Below, piece by piece: positions 25,385 to 38,437 of a stretch of DNA of 64,000 nucleotides. The number at the start of each line of letters is the position of its first letter. Positions within the stretch are counted from its first letter, which is position 1. Below the pieces are notes generated by a model, which had not been told where the DNA came from, ran no database searches, and worked only from the letters and a program-made list of their open reading frames with translations. The DNA is from Octopus sinensis (lineage: Eukaryota). The DNA lies in contig NC_042997.1 in the NCBI RefSeq assembly GCF_006345805.1, forward strand, positions 194,122,001-194,186,000, written 5' to 3'. The position numbers were made by a program, and so were the translations under genes.

Positions 25385-25697
25385 GGAGGCGCAATGGCCC
25401 TGTAGTTAGGGCAGCGAACTCACGGTCGGAGGATCACGGTTTCGATTCCCAGACCGGGCGTTGTGTGTGTTTATTGAGCAAAAACACCTAAACCTCCACG
25501 AGGCTCCGGCAGGGTGTTGTGGCGACCCCTGTTGTACTCTGTCGCCCCAACTTTCTCTCACTCTTTCTTCCTGTATCTTGAGTAACGCTGCGATGGACTG
25601 GCGTCCCGTCTAGCTGGGGGGAACACATACGCCACAGAGACCGGGAAACAGGGCCCATGAGCCTGGCTAGGCTTGAAAAGGGCGCATAAATAATAAA
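25385..25697 (+). mobile_element. SINE family C with tail type 2
   Basis: Family C head and body, then gctgcgatggactggcgtcccgtc...gggcccatgagcctggctagg...aataataa. Confidence 0.88.
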
Positions 25698-26104
25698 GAT
25701 AAATCTTTTATCTTTATCTCTCGCTTGTTTCAGTCATTGAACTGGCCATGCTGGGGCATCGCCATGACTGGTTCATTCGAACAAATCAACTCCAGTACTT
25801 ATTTTGAAGTCTGGTACTTATTTTATCGATCTCTTTTGCCGAACCGCTAAGAAGAAGACACTTGCCCAAGGTGCTGCGCAGTGGGGGTCTACCCATTACC
25901 ACGCGTTTGCACACAGCCATGCCTGCGCCTAATTGAGCTTTTTTGCATAAAATTAAGTTGACACTTCTAGCAGGTTTAAGAGACCTGGATACCAGAGGCT
26001 CCTTTATTGGCAAAAACCAAAATTATTTTATTGTGTAGCAGAATATTACTTTTCGTTTTGGGATTTGGTTTGCAAGATTCTTTATATGAGTTCGTGAGTT
26101 GAAG

Positions 26105-26375
26105 CATATTCTGTTGTGTCTGGAGAGAGTCATTTTCTTTTTGTGCCTTATAATTTAACACACTCACTGGTAAAATTTCCACTCATTTCTTATTTCTATT
26201 TTCCTAAAATTTTCGTTGCATCTTGCAACCTTTTCAATAGTCTTGACTGAGTACAGTGGTTTTTAAACTGAGCAATACGAAATAAAAATAAGAAATAAGT
26301 GGAAATTTTACCGGTGAGTGTATTAAATTATAAGGCACAAAAATAAAATGACTCTCCCCAGACACAACAGAATAT
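26105..26375. mobile_element. MITE (family of 5408 and 48083)
   Basis: atattctgttgtgtctgg versus ccagacacaacagaatat. Confidence 0.85.
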
Positions 26376-26589
26376 TAATTGCCTGTGTTTTAAAATTAGT
26401 TCCCACTGAAATTCGCAGGAACCGACTGCATTGGCTGTGAAAACAAGCGGCAACGAGAGAATATCACATGTTTATTAGCTGTCGGTGGTATATTGACACA
26501 GGAGAGGAACACTTGCGAGGTGAATCAAGATGAGACGTGCAGATGTAACCAAACGAAATGAACCGACAGACGGACAAGAAAGCGAGAGG

Positions 26590-26874
26590 GAGAGAGAGAG
26601 AGAGAGAATGATGGAGAGATAGAGAGAGAATGACAGAGAGAGAGAGAGAGAGAGAAATAGAGAGAATGATAGAGAGAGAGATAGGGAGAGAATGACAGAG
26701 ATAGATAGAGAGAGAGAGATAGAGAGAGAGAATGATAGAGAGAGAGAATGATAGATAGAGGGAGAGAGAGATAGATAGAGAGAGAGAGAGAGACATACAT
26801 ACATAGACAGAAAGACACAAAAAGACAGACAGACAGGCAGGCTGAGAGAGAGAGAGAATGATAGAGAGACAGAC

Positions 26875-26930
<56 letters not shown>

Positions 26931-26931
26931 T

Positions 26932-27011
<80 letters not shown>

Positions 27012-27200
27012 CAGGGAGAGTGAGAGGGACAGGAAGAAAGGAAAAACAAGAGAGAAAGCGAGAGACAAGGAGTAGAGAGAGAGGGAGTGCAAGGGGGAGA
27101 GAGGGAAGTAACGGGGGAGAGATGAGAAAAGAGAAAGGAATAGGAGGAGTGGGCGAAATGGGGAAGAGAGAGAGAGAGAGAAAGGGTAGATAAAGGAGAG
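26590..27200. repeat. (GA)n, (GATA)n and purine-rich compound repeat
   Basis: Directly visible. Confidence 0.95.
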
Positions 27201-28520
27201 AGAGACAACGTAAAAGCGTTAGTTTTAAGACTAAGCTAAATTGCTGTTGTTATTTAACCCTAGGTCTGTCAGATCAGGCAGATCCATAGATGTTCCTTTA
27301 GGAATATTGTAAGACAGCATTATTTGATGAGCCCGTCCATTTATAAGGCAAGTGGCATGTGATTTGAGGGTGAATTAGATACTCTTTTCAGTATGTCAAG
27401 TGACCATTTTGGCTCATGTTGTTGTTGTTGATGATGATGATGATGATGATGATGATGACGGGGTAGTCGTGATGGTGGTGGTGGCGGCGGTGGCAGAGGC
27501 TACGGCGGGTGCCGGAATTATTTTTCCCACGTGAGTTCCGGACCCCAGTTATGAACCCATTTGCATATAGCCACTCAGATTAATTTATAAATTACAGGTA
27601 CAACTCATTTTTTACTAACTGAGAGGACTGGAGCAACGTGAAATGAAATGTCTTGCTCAAGGAGACCACGTGCCGCCAGGAATCGAACTCATGATCGTGA
27701 GCCGATTACCCTAACCACTAAGCCACGCGCCTTCACCAAAACGAAATTACTACATACATCACACTCGAGCGCAGACTCTGTTTTGCCCTAAATTTACTTC
27801 TGGGTGTACAGGGTTACTATTTGTAGGACCAGCTATCGCTAGGAAAGGGATAAGTTTGTAAGGTTTATCTTTTTTCCATAATGTTAGAGAACCAAGTGAA
27901 GCGAACTTAAATTCAATCGAGAATCCAGCCCAAATAGGGGTCTCTCATTTGCCTACAGCATATTTCTTGTTCAACAGTTCCCACCATATTTGTAAGTGAA
28001 AAATTATTAAATCTTATTTCCTGCCCTAATATCTGGGAATAGATTTGAGACACGTGAAACCTTGCCGTAATTGACTCAGCAGAACAGGAAATATTTAAAT
28101 CCTTAGTTGATATTTTAGCAGTGGTTTGCAGGTTTGTTGCGTAACTTGATAAAGCCCTGCAGAGCCTGAATTTATTTCAGGATGCAGGGTACTGTTAATT
28201 CAATATCAGTAGGTGGTACTTTACAGCAAGTGGTCCTTAATCATATATAACTTAGTGGGGATTTATGAAAGAATGAGGTGTCTGCTTAATAGTTTTTGGG
28301 GATGAGATGGATAAATAACGCATTTGTCTCAGTCTGTAAACTATGGAATCATATAAATAGTTAAATTTATTTTCGGTTTATTTTTTAATGCTCCAGGGAT
28401 TAAATGTACCAACAAAAATAACTTAACTGCTCGTTCTCTCTTTCTGAAGTAGTCAATCACTAAACAGTACTATTACCATACTCCAATAAACGTACAGTCT
28501 TATACATGTCATTCATTTAT

Positions 28521-28830
28521 TCAGTGTTTTGGTACAAGGAAGGATATATGTCGCTAATGAGGCCGACATAAATCAGAAACATGCTAAAGTCTTCTGAAAA
28601 ATAAAAATATTTGTTCTTTTACTCAGTGCTTTGGTACAGGAAAGGATATATGTCACTAACGAGGTTGACATAAATCAGAAACATGCTAAAGTCTTCTGAA
28701 AAATAAAAATATTTGTTCTCTTTTACTCAGTGCTTTGGTATGGGGACGGATATATGTCGCTAATGAGGTCGACATAAATCAGAAACATGCTAAAGTCTTC
28801 TGAAAAATAAAAATATTTGTTCTCTTTTAG
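28521..28830. repeat. Three tandem copies of a 102-104-bp unit
   Basis: Units start at 28521, 28623 and 28727. Confidence 0.95.
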
Positions 28831-29139
28831 TCTTTTACTGGTTTCAATCAATGTATTGCGGTCATGGTAGGGCACTGGCTTCAGGTACTGAGTTCGATTA
28901 AGTCGATCGCACTACTTACTTTAAATCAAGTAATTATTCTCTCTATGTCATTTGCCGAACTGCTAAGTTACTGCGAGATAAACAATATTAACCAGTTGTA
29001 AACCAGTGAGCAACAGAGACAAACAATAAACACACACGCACATATATTCGTGTATATGTATATATATAATATAAATAATATATATGCATGTATATATATA
29101 TATATATATATAATATATATATATATATATGCGTATATG

Positions 29140-29480
29140 GGTGCAGGACGTCATTAACAGTAAACAACATGGAATACGGAAACAAATGAGTTAAATGCGC
29201 AAATAACGAGAGTAATAAGAAAGAACGAGTAATACAAAGAATGACCCTTCATCAGTTGTCGGCTGTCTATCTACTCGCCATTTCGAGCAATCAACGACAA
29301 TATGAGTCTTCGAAGACATTTGCTCCCATAAATACCAAAATAAAATTTAGTGAGGATGAAAGTTAGGAACAAAAACAGGACAGTGGAGACATACAGGGGA
29401 ACCGAACGAAAACAAACATGGAGGGTTGTTAGACCAGAACGACGCGGAGGTGTGGATAGTGAACGCCGAGAGAAATATTT
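29140..29480 (-). mobile_element. Probable Penelope-like repeat remnant
   Basis: Minus strand has gctcgaaatggcg...actgatgaaggg, typical of Penelope-type terminal repeats; flanked by microsatellites. Confidence 0.45.
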
Positions 29481-29664
29481 TCTTTGAAAAGAGAAAAGAT
29501 GGAAGAGAGAGATAGGAGGACACATACATACATACATACATACATACATACATACATACATACATACATACATACAAACATACATACAAACATACATGCA
29601 TACATACATACATACATACATACATACATACATACATACATACATACATACATACATACATACA

Positions 29665-29823
29665 TTATGGCTGCCCCCTCGTTATCGAGTATGGCCATTG
29701 CACGAAGCATAACTGTTATTGGTGCTGTGATCGAATGTGACTTTTTAGCCCAGCTAAAGATCTACAATGTCTTGTACAGAATTGGCAACTAAAACCTTTA
29801 CCGGTAATAGCCGGCTGTAGTTA
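29665..29823. mobile_element. ~160-bp insert between two (ACAT)n arrays
   Basis: Complex sequence with same-strand ACAT arrays on both sides (29520-29664 and 29824-29910). Confidence 0.55.
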
Positions 29824-29879
29824 TACATACATACATACATACATACATACATACATACATACATACATACATACATACA

Positions 29880-29910
<31 letters not shown>

Positions 29911-30434
29911 TTACATACACACATATAAGACATGTACAACAACTAAGAGAAAGGATTTAATACAGACGTAGATAAACTCAATTCATCAAGCAACTTTCAT
30001 TCCAGAACCATTACGATTTCGGTATTGAGTAAAAAGTTGGTATCCTTCATCAGGAAAGCAACAGGATTTGCACAACATATAATGAAGGTCAGTTTTGCGA
30101 CTAAAGATACATGGGATGTTGTAAAATCTTGCGACTGAAAAGGAGGAAGACGAAGACAAAAGAAGAACAAACAAATTCAGAATTTAAGCAAGCAAAGGCG
30201 TCGTTCGACTAAAGACCGAGCTGTGGCGAACACTAGTGTAGATGGGAAACAGAAAATTGTCTTTTCGCTGAATACACGAGCTGAACAAGAAAGAGAGATA
30301 TTGTACGTGTGGTCAGTGTAACGCTCGAGAGAACAACAGGTTGACAAAAAGGAATGAATGTTCGGCAGATATATATATATACTGCTGCTGATGATGATGA
30401 TGTTCCTGTAGTTGTTGTTGTTGTTGTTGGTTGT

Positions 30435-30830
30435 TGTTGCTGTTGCTGTTGAGCGAACGGTCTTCGTCCCAGAGCTCGCAAGATGGGAGAAGTCCGAAAC
30501 GTGGTCCTTTGCTATTCGTAAGACCCGCAGAAGAGAAAGCAGGTCAACCCCCGACACCGAGAGCATCGACGGATGAACGAATGTGCATCCAGGCTCAGCG
30601 GTTGCGTAGGAAGTCGGGAACAAGAAACAGGAAGAAAGAGTGAGGGAAAGTTGGGGCGAAAGTTGGGGCGAAAGAGTACAACAGGGGTCGCCACCACCCC
30701 CTGCCGGAGCCTCGTGGAGCTTTAGGTGTTTTTCGCTCAATAAACACACACAACGCCCGGTCTGGGAATCGAAACCGTGATCCTCCGACCGCGAGTCCGC
30801 TGCCCTAACCACTGGGGCATTGCGCCTCCA
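30435..30830 (-). mobile_element. SINE family C with tail type 3
   Basis: Nearly collinear with 2645-3015. Confidence 0.92.
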
Positions 30831-30983
30831 CTGTTGTTGTTGGTGATGGTGGTGGTGGTGGTGTTATTCATCGTCGTCGTCGTTATCATCAACAGAGTGC
30901 AAGTGGCAGTGACAGCTGCGGTGGTGATATTGACGATGAAAGAGTTGGTGGTAATGAGGAACAGAGAGAGAGAGAAAGGAAGA

Positions 30984-31040
<57 letters not shown>

Positions 31041-31769
31041 ACCTTTCTTTTGTTGCCCATGTTTTTATATCTTGCAGAAACAAGATAGCCTGCAACCTAA
31101 AACACTCTTGATACGAGTGTTCGCCATCTTTTGTTACCAACATCTATATCCAACGAAGGTTATCGTACAAATTGCCGATTAGTGAAACCTAAAGACAGCA
31201 AGACAAAATACACCCTGCATGCACACACATACACAAACACACACACACACACACACACACACAGTAGTAAATAACGAACATCATAGATTATTTCCTCTTT
31301 TGAAAGCGTCTTTCTCAGATCGTCTGCTTTTGTTATTGTCTGGGAATATATATTTGTATAAAATCTGTAACGAAAGGGACCTGCTGAATCATGCTGCGTA
31401 ATTTACGGTGTCCTTTGGCCTCGTGCCAATCTGGAAACTATCGAATGTCGAAGAAAGATATGATAAAAAGAAGAAGAAAACAAATTGATTTGGCATCAAA
31501 TATACTTGTCACTGACAGCGGTCGCGGCGTATTCACACTGTTGTTGTTGTTGTTGTTGTTGCAGTGGCGGCGGTCGTGGTGGTGTTAGTTGTGGCGGTAT
31601 TGTCTCTTCTTTCCTTGCCATTGTCGAGTGACTACCTGGAAAACGATCTTAACAGGTACCAGGTAATACATACATATATATGTGTGAGTGTGTGTGTGTG
31701 TGTATGTATGTGTGTGTGTATGACTGTATATGTATGTGTGTGTGTATATATATACATATATACATATAT

Positions 31770-31860
<91 letters not shown>

Positions 31861-31889
31861 CATACATACATATATATATACATATTTAT

Positions 31890-32562
31890 GTAAGTAGCTT
31901 GCTTACCAACCACATGGTTCCGGATTCAGTCCCACTGCGTGGCACCTTGGGTAAGTGTCTTCTACTATAGCCTCGGGCCGACCAAAGCCTTGTGAGTGGA
32001 TTTGGTAGACGGAAACTGAAAGAAGCCCGTCGTATATATGTATATATATATATGTGAGTATGTGCGTGTTTGTGTGTCTGTGTTTGTCCCCCCAACATCG
32101 CTTGACAACCGATGCTGGTGTGTTTACGTCCCCGTAACTTAGCGGTTCGGCAAAAAGAGACCGATAAAATAAGTACTAGGCTTACAAAGAATAAGTCCTG
32201 GGGTCGATTTGATCGACTAAAGACAGTGCTCCAGCATGGCCACAGTCACATGACTGAAACAAGTAAAAGAGTCAAAGAGTATATAAATATAAAGAAGCCC
32301 GTCGTATATATGTATATATATATATGCATGTGTGTGTGTATGTTTGTGTATCTGTGTCTGTGTTTGTTCCTCCACAACATCGCTTGACAACCGATGCTGG
32401 TGTGTTTACGTCTCCGTAACTTAGCGGTTCAGCAAAAAGGAACGATAGAATAAGTACTAGGCTAACAAAGAATAAGTCCTGGGGTCGATTTGCTCGACTA
32501 AAGGCGGTGCTCCAGCATGGCCACGGTCAAATGACTGAAACAAGTAAAAGAGAGAGTAAAGA
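31890..32562 (+). mobile_element. SINE family B followed by a second 5'-truncated copy
   Basis: First copy ends at ~32281; the second restarts at aaagaagcccgtcg (~32290). Confidence 0.9.
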
Positions 32563-33467
32563 GATACATATATGTATGTGTGTGTGTGTGGTGTGTGTGT
32601 GTGTGTGTGTGTGTGTGTAGGTATAGGTGAGCATATATATTTCTCGTTCTTTCTCTCTTTCTGTATAATACATATATACATACATACATACATTAATACA
32701 TACATACATACATACATATAGAGACAAACACTTGAATATATGTGTGAATATGTATGTACGCGATGACGATTGCAGATTCAAAGTCTATAAATAGATATCT
32801 GTCTCGGCTTTTTTTTAACAAATGCTTACACCCACCCACCCACACACACACGCACACACACGCAAACAATACCCAACTACATTCCAACATGTCTTTATTT
32901 ACGATTGTTTGATTACATAACTCAAAAGTCTTGTCGTCAAACTGTATGGCGCGTAAACATTTGTGATTTGTGTTTGTATATGTGTTTATGTGTCTGTCTA
33001 TCTGACTGTTTTTCTGTCGATATATGTATGCGTGAGCGTACGTGTGTGTCTGTGTGTAGATCAGGGTTTCTTTTATCTATACCGGGCGTTAAGTTACGTG
33101 TCTAAATTATTACAGCTGTCTAAAGTAGAGATGATAAAAAATATCTAATATAAAACAAAAGTATAAAAGAAAATAAAGCTTAAAACTGGAGTTTCTTAAC
33201 ACTTTCGATTTCCTGAAAACGAAAATATTAAGTTATTCCGAAACTAATGGCCGTGTTGTGTTTTGAAACACAATTTATCATAGTATTTTTATTATATTTT
33301 ATGTGACAAATTCTGCCGAGGTCGACTTTGCCTTTCATACTTTTGAGGTCGATAAATTAACTACCAGTTGCATACTTAATTCGATCTAATCGACTAGCCC
33401 TCTCCCCAAAAATTTCGGGCCTTGTTCATAGAATAGAAAAGAGAAATAAAAAAAAAAAAAGATTCCA

Positions 33468-33724
33468 CAGTTCTATATTTAAGAGATGAGGAATTATGTA
33501 CATTATTTACATTCGACGGATATTTGTCCTCATCTTGTTTGTTGTTAACGCAACCTTTCGGCTGATATACCCTCCAGCCTTCTTCATGTGTCTTGGGGAA
33601 ATTTCGACCTGGATTCTCATTCCTAAGGTATTTTTCGATGTTATCATTATTATTGAGGTCAGTGCTTGTAATCGAACTCGGAATCTTGGGATTAGTAGTC
33701 CGCGCTCTTAACCACGGGCATATG
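33468..33724 (-). mobile_element. tRNA-headed element carrying a hammerhead-type motif
   Basis: Head cccgtggttaagagcgcggactactaatcccaagattccgagttcgattac, then an AAT spacer, then gacac-AUGAAGA-a-GGCUG..CAGCC-GAAA-ggtt-gcgtt (33547-33592). Confidence 0.65.
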
Positions 33725-34719
33725 GCGTAGTAAAAAAGAGATTATATTTTATGTGAATTTCGGCCTACTTAATCATTTTTGGAATGAGTTTTACATAAGT
33801 AGGTGAACTTTCATTTTCTATTCTTTCTTCAATGAAAATATATCCAATAGAGATGTTCCTGTGTTTTTTGTTACAAAATTTTGCCAAGTAGATATCATTT
33901 CGACCAGTTTATTCATATTCAAAATTTACCTCTTCTTGCAAGTAAATATGAAACAAGTTTACTCGCTTTCCTATATAATTTTTTTTTACTTTTTTACAAT
34001 GGAAACGTTTCATGTTGTTGTTGTTAAGTGAAACGTCAATTCCGCAAACTTCGCTAACATTTATACTAAAAAGGTTGAAATTATCTTAATTTTTTTTTTC
34101 ACAAATGCATGTATTTTCTTCAATAATATTTTAGCTCACTTTGTTTTTCTTTCCCGTTTCGTTTTTTTTTTTAATATTTTTTGGTACAAAAGTCAGCGCC
34201 TTTAGTTATTTTAAGAACCTATTCCTTTGACATGTTCCTGTTGAATGTCGGCTTAACACAGAAAAATGTCTGGCGGCAGAAAGATATTTTTCTTGTTGCT
34301 TTTTCGCTTGATAAACAAACAAAAAAATGAAAAGAAATTTAGCGTTCACCTTTGAGTTAATTATAAAAGAATTAATTCATTAAATGCCATCCAAATATTG
34401 AAAGATATTCGCATAGGGCAATCCGTCACGGAGTCAGGAGAAAAGACGCCTTGCCAAGGTCAAAAAACCCAACAACATTAATAATGGCGTCAAATTTAGG
34501 CATGAGGCCAACATTTTCAAGAGAAGGGTGTCAGTCAGTTACATCGACCAAGTATTTTACTAGTACTTTATTTCATTGACCACAAGACGATGAAAAGCAA
34601 ATTTAACATGGGTGGGACTTGAGCTCAGAACACGAAGAAAAAGCCGTTGAGCATTTTGTCCGACGTGCTAACGATTCTACCAGTTGCCCTTTCTTAACAA
34701 TTCCTTACTACTATAGGTA

Positions 34720-34912
34720 CAAGGACTGAAATTTTGGAGTGGGAGGGGGGGAGATAATCGGTCACAATTATCCCCAGTGTTCGACTGGTATTATTTTATC
34801 GATCCCGAAAGAATGAAAGGCTTCAGCGGAATTAGAACTCAGAATGTAAAGCTGGAAGGAATGCTTCTACGCAGTTTTTTCCGGCGTTCTAACGATTCTG
34901 CCAGCTCACCGA
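34720..34912 (-). mobile_element. SINE family A (degenerate)
   Basis: Reverse complement of the family A head and body. Confidence 0.8.
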
Positions 34913-34914
34913 TT

Positions 34915-35122
34915 TAATAATAATAATAATAATAATAAATAATAATAATAATAATAATAATAATATTTTTTTAGACATTCACTAGTACAATACTAAATAC
35001 AAAACCAAATATATGGTACACTAGGCATAACAACAACACGAATTTCCAACCTGTTGTCTCTTGAGGTCTCTGGGTGAGACTTGGAGCCAACTTGTACAAA
35101 TGTAAAGCAAAAGTCAAACATA

Positions 35123-35190
<68 letters not shown>

Positions 35191-35867
35191 GATAGTGCTC
35201 ATGGAAACTGCCCATATCCTACCCAAAATACTATTCAAAAGATAGTGCTCATGGGAACTGCCCATGTCCTACGCAAAATACTTTCTATGTAATCTCAAGT
35301 TTTAAAACAAACACATAATTTTCTTATGGTTTCTTAAACATTCTCTAGAACAACACTATGTACAAAACCGAATGTATGGCACCCTAGGCATAACACCAAC
35401 ATGAACTTGCAACTTGTTGTCTCTTGAGGTCTCTGGGTGAGACTTGGAGCCAACTTGTACAAATGTAAGCAAAAGTCAAACATAAAACAATAATAATAAT
35501 AATAATATAATAATAATAATTAATAATAATAATAATAATAATATAATAATAATAATAATAATAATAAAAGATAGTGCTCATGGAACTGCCCACATCCTAC
35601 CCAAAATACTATTCAAAAGATAGTGCTCATGGGAACTGCCCATGTCCTACGCAAAATACTTTCTATGTAATCTCAAGTTTTAAAACAAACACATAATTTT
35701 CTTATGGTTTCTTAAACATTCTCTAGAACAACACTATGTACAAAACCGAATGTATGGCACCCTAGGCATAACACCAACATGAACTTGCAACTTGTTGTCT
35801 CTTGAGGTCTCTGGGTGAGACTTGGAGCCAACTTGTACAAATGTAAAGCAAAAGTCAAACATAAAAC

Positions 35868-35909
<42 letters not shown>
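34915..35909 (+). mobile_element. Three R4/Dong-clade LINE 3' ends separated by (AAT)n
   Basis: Units ~34972-35124, 35188-35487 and 35567-35867; ORF end IQKIVLMGTAHVLRKILSM* resembles the R4/Dong C-terminal helix; (TAA)n is the known Dong target. Confidence 0.8.
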
Positions 35910-36655
35910 CTCTTTTATTAGCCGCAGAGGTATATATAAGGGGACATCACAAGGACAGAAAAACAATTTGTGTGGAGATTTACTTAAAGGGTAGGGAGAA
36001 ATAAATAGAAAAGACAGTGAAATGCTATAAAAGTACTTGAAATATATAAAGTATGTGATAACATGAATGATGCAGTCCTCCTGATGCAGGAGAGCCTCCA
36101 GTTAGAGCCAATGAAGGAATCCCACAGACCCAGGATTACCCTGACCACCAAAGGTACGAGCCCTCTCTCCTGATTTCCAATTTCCAGGCGCAATATTTAG
36201 AGTAGAGCCATTCATTCTAACTATTTTTGCCACAGTCATCCAACTTTTCGCAAATTCATTGAGAAGTTGCACTTCCCTCTCCAGCCTCACTTTTCCCTCC
36301 AAATGAAACTTCAAGAAAGGCGATGAGAGCTTGTCCGATGATGGAGGCGTCTTTCTTCAACCCTTTCAGCCTGGTCGGATCTGGTCAGTAGCATAACTGG
36401 GAGAGAGGTGGCAAAGGGCAGTCCATCCTGGGGACACTGTAATGGGGGCGATACTTCTGAGTCTGCTCTACAAGCCTGTATATGCTGTATAACTCTGTGG
36501 GCTGAAGTGGGTAGGATAAAATTAAATGCTGTCCTGTACGGCACACACTCTGCACCACTGGATCTAGCTTCTATTTCTTGCAGGTAAAAAGACATCGTAG
36601 AAGCCCTTTCAGCGGTTGTAGATTGGGTATTAGGTACAATGGAGCACAAGAAATG
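35910..36655 (-). mobile_element. L1/Tx1-clade LINE 3' fragment with AATAAA and (ATT)n tail
   Basis: Frameshifted TRLKGLKKDASIIGQALIAF/LKFHLEGKVRLEREVQLLNEFAKSWMTVAKIVRMNG; AATAAA (minus) at 35914-35919 directly before the ATT tract. Confidence 0.7.
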
Positions 36656-37383
36656 TAAACAGCACTAAGAAACCTATGAATTTCACGGTTTTATAAACAT
36701 GAAATGTAATCGACGGCCTCTCTCTGTAATAAAGGATTTAATAAGCCATATACAGACATACTTGTGTGTATGTGTTTGTGTACATACATACATACATACA
36801 TACATACATACATACATACATACATACATACATACATACATACATACATACATACATACATACATACATACCTATACGCATATATACACGCATATTTGCA
36901 CACATATGTATATGTAAATACAGAATGATCTCACGTATAAATATCCACTTAAATATGCATATACATTTATAAAATTTGGGTGAATCACCAACTGTCCGAA
37001 CTGTATAAACTGAGTGCATTAGTGTGTGAATGTATATAAGTATATTTACTTATGCATATGATTTACCAGATCTTTCAACTAGAACGTATGTCTCGTTTAC
37101 AATAAAACTTCTACGTACATACATTTGAATACTTGAACGTACAGATGTGCTTCGCGAGGATGCGGCTCGAATTTTAACCCCCTTCATTACGCTATGTATA
37201 GCTACTCACACGTTTTTCTCCTTACTGACCCTTTCTTCCTCCTTTTCCTCTTCTCTGGGCTTTCTTCTACAATCCAACGATGAGCCATGCTCGAAACCTC
37301 ATGTTTTTACTTTGTCACTGTTACGTCCATATCACTTTTGTTGATTTTGTGTTCGTTGCTGAAGTCGCCGTTCGTCACGGATT

Positions 37384-37466
<83 letters not shown>

Positions 37467-37469
<3 letters not shown>

Positions 37470-37880
37470 CACTCTTTTCACTCTTTTACTCTTTTACATG
37501 TTTCAGTCATTTGACTGTGGCCATGCTGGAGCACCGCCTTTAGTCGAGCAAATCCACCCCAGGACTTATTCTTTGTAAGCCAAGTACTTATTCTATCGAT
37601 CTCTTTTGCCGAAACGCTAAGTTACGGTGACGTAAACACACCAGCATCGGTTGTCAAGCGATGTTGGTGGGACAAACACAGACACACAAACACACACACA
37701 TACATACATATATATACATATACATATATACGACGGGCTTCTTTCAGTTTCCGTCAACCAAATCCACTCACAAGGCTGTGGTCGACCCGAGGCTATAGTA
37801 GAAGATACTTGCCCAAGGTGTCACGCAGTGGGACTGAACCCGGAACCATGTGGTTGGTAAGCAAGCTATTTACCACACAT
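37467..37880 (-). mobile_element. Full-length SINE family B
   Basis: Complete reverse-complement copy next to (CT)n. Confidence 0.92.
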
Positions 37881-38209
37881 TTTTTTTAGTCTTCTTTGAG
37901 GTATACTTTTATTTTTAATCTCAAGCTCTACTTCCGTGTTTTACTGAATTTCGTATAGTTTATAGCCCTTCTTTTCACAAACTCACGTCGTGCATCGACT
38001 TGTAAAATAGCTTGTTTGTCTTTTTTTTATGCAACATACGAGGTTGAGTTCCTTTGTAACTGGTATTTTCTATGTCTGTTTGACTTGCAAATTAACTGCC
38101 ACACATTTGAAATTTCCTCTCCTTTACAATTACCGTCTCGTTCTTTTACTCTCTTTCAATGATCTTTATTCATTCGTTCACATCATTATTCCTCTGCTCC
38201 TGCTCCTGA

Positions 38210-38437
38210 AGGCGGCGAACTAGCAGAATCGTCAGCACCCTGGACAAAATGCTTGGCAGTACAGCTTCTAGCATTGCGTTCTGAGTTCGAGTCCCACCAA
38301 GGTCAACTTTGCTTTCTATCCTTTCAGGGGTCGATGAAAAAAGCACCAGCTGTGCACTGGTGGGGGAGGTTGTCGATATAATCGACTACCCCCTTCTCCA
38401 CATTTCTGGCCTTGTGCCTATAGTAGAAAGGATTATT
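38210..38437 (+). mobile_element. SINE family A (diverged)
   Basis: ggcggcgaactagcagaatcg head, gagttcgagtccc B box, body and tail. Confidence 0.85.

Noticed and set aside
29225-29290. CTGATGA hammerhead core on the minus strand
   Set aside because: No downstream GAAA or stem II partner, and the upstream GAAA does not give a valid permuted fold
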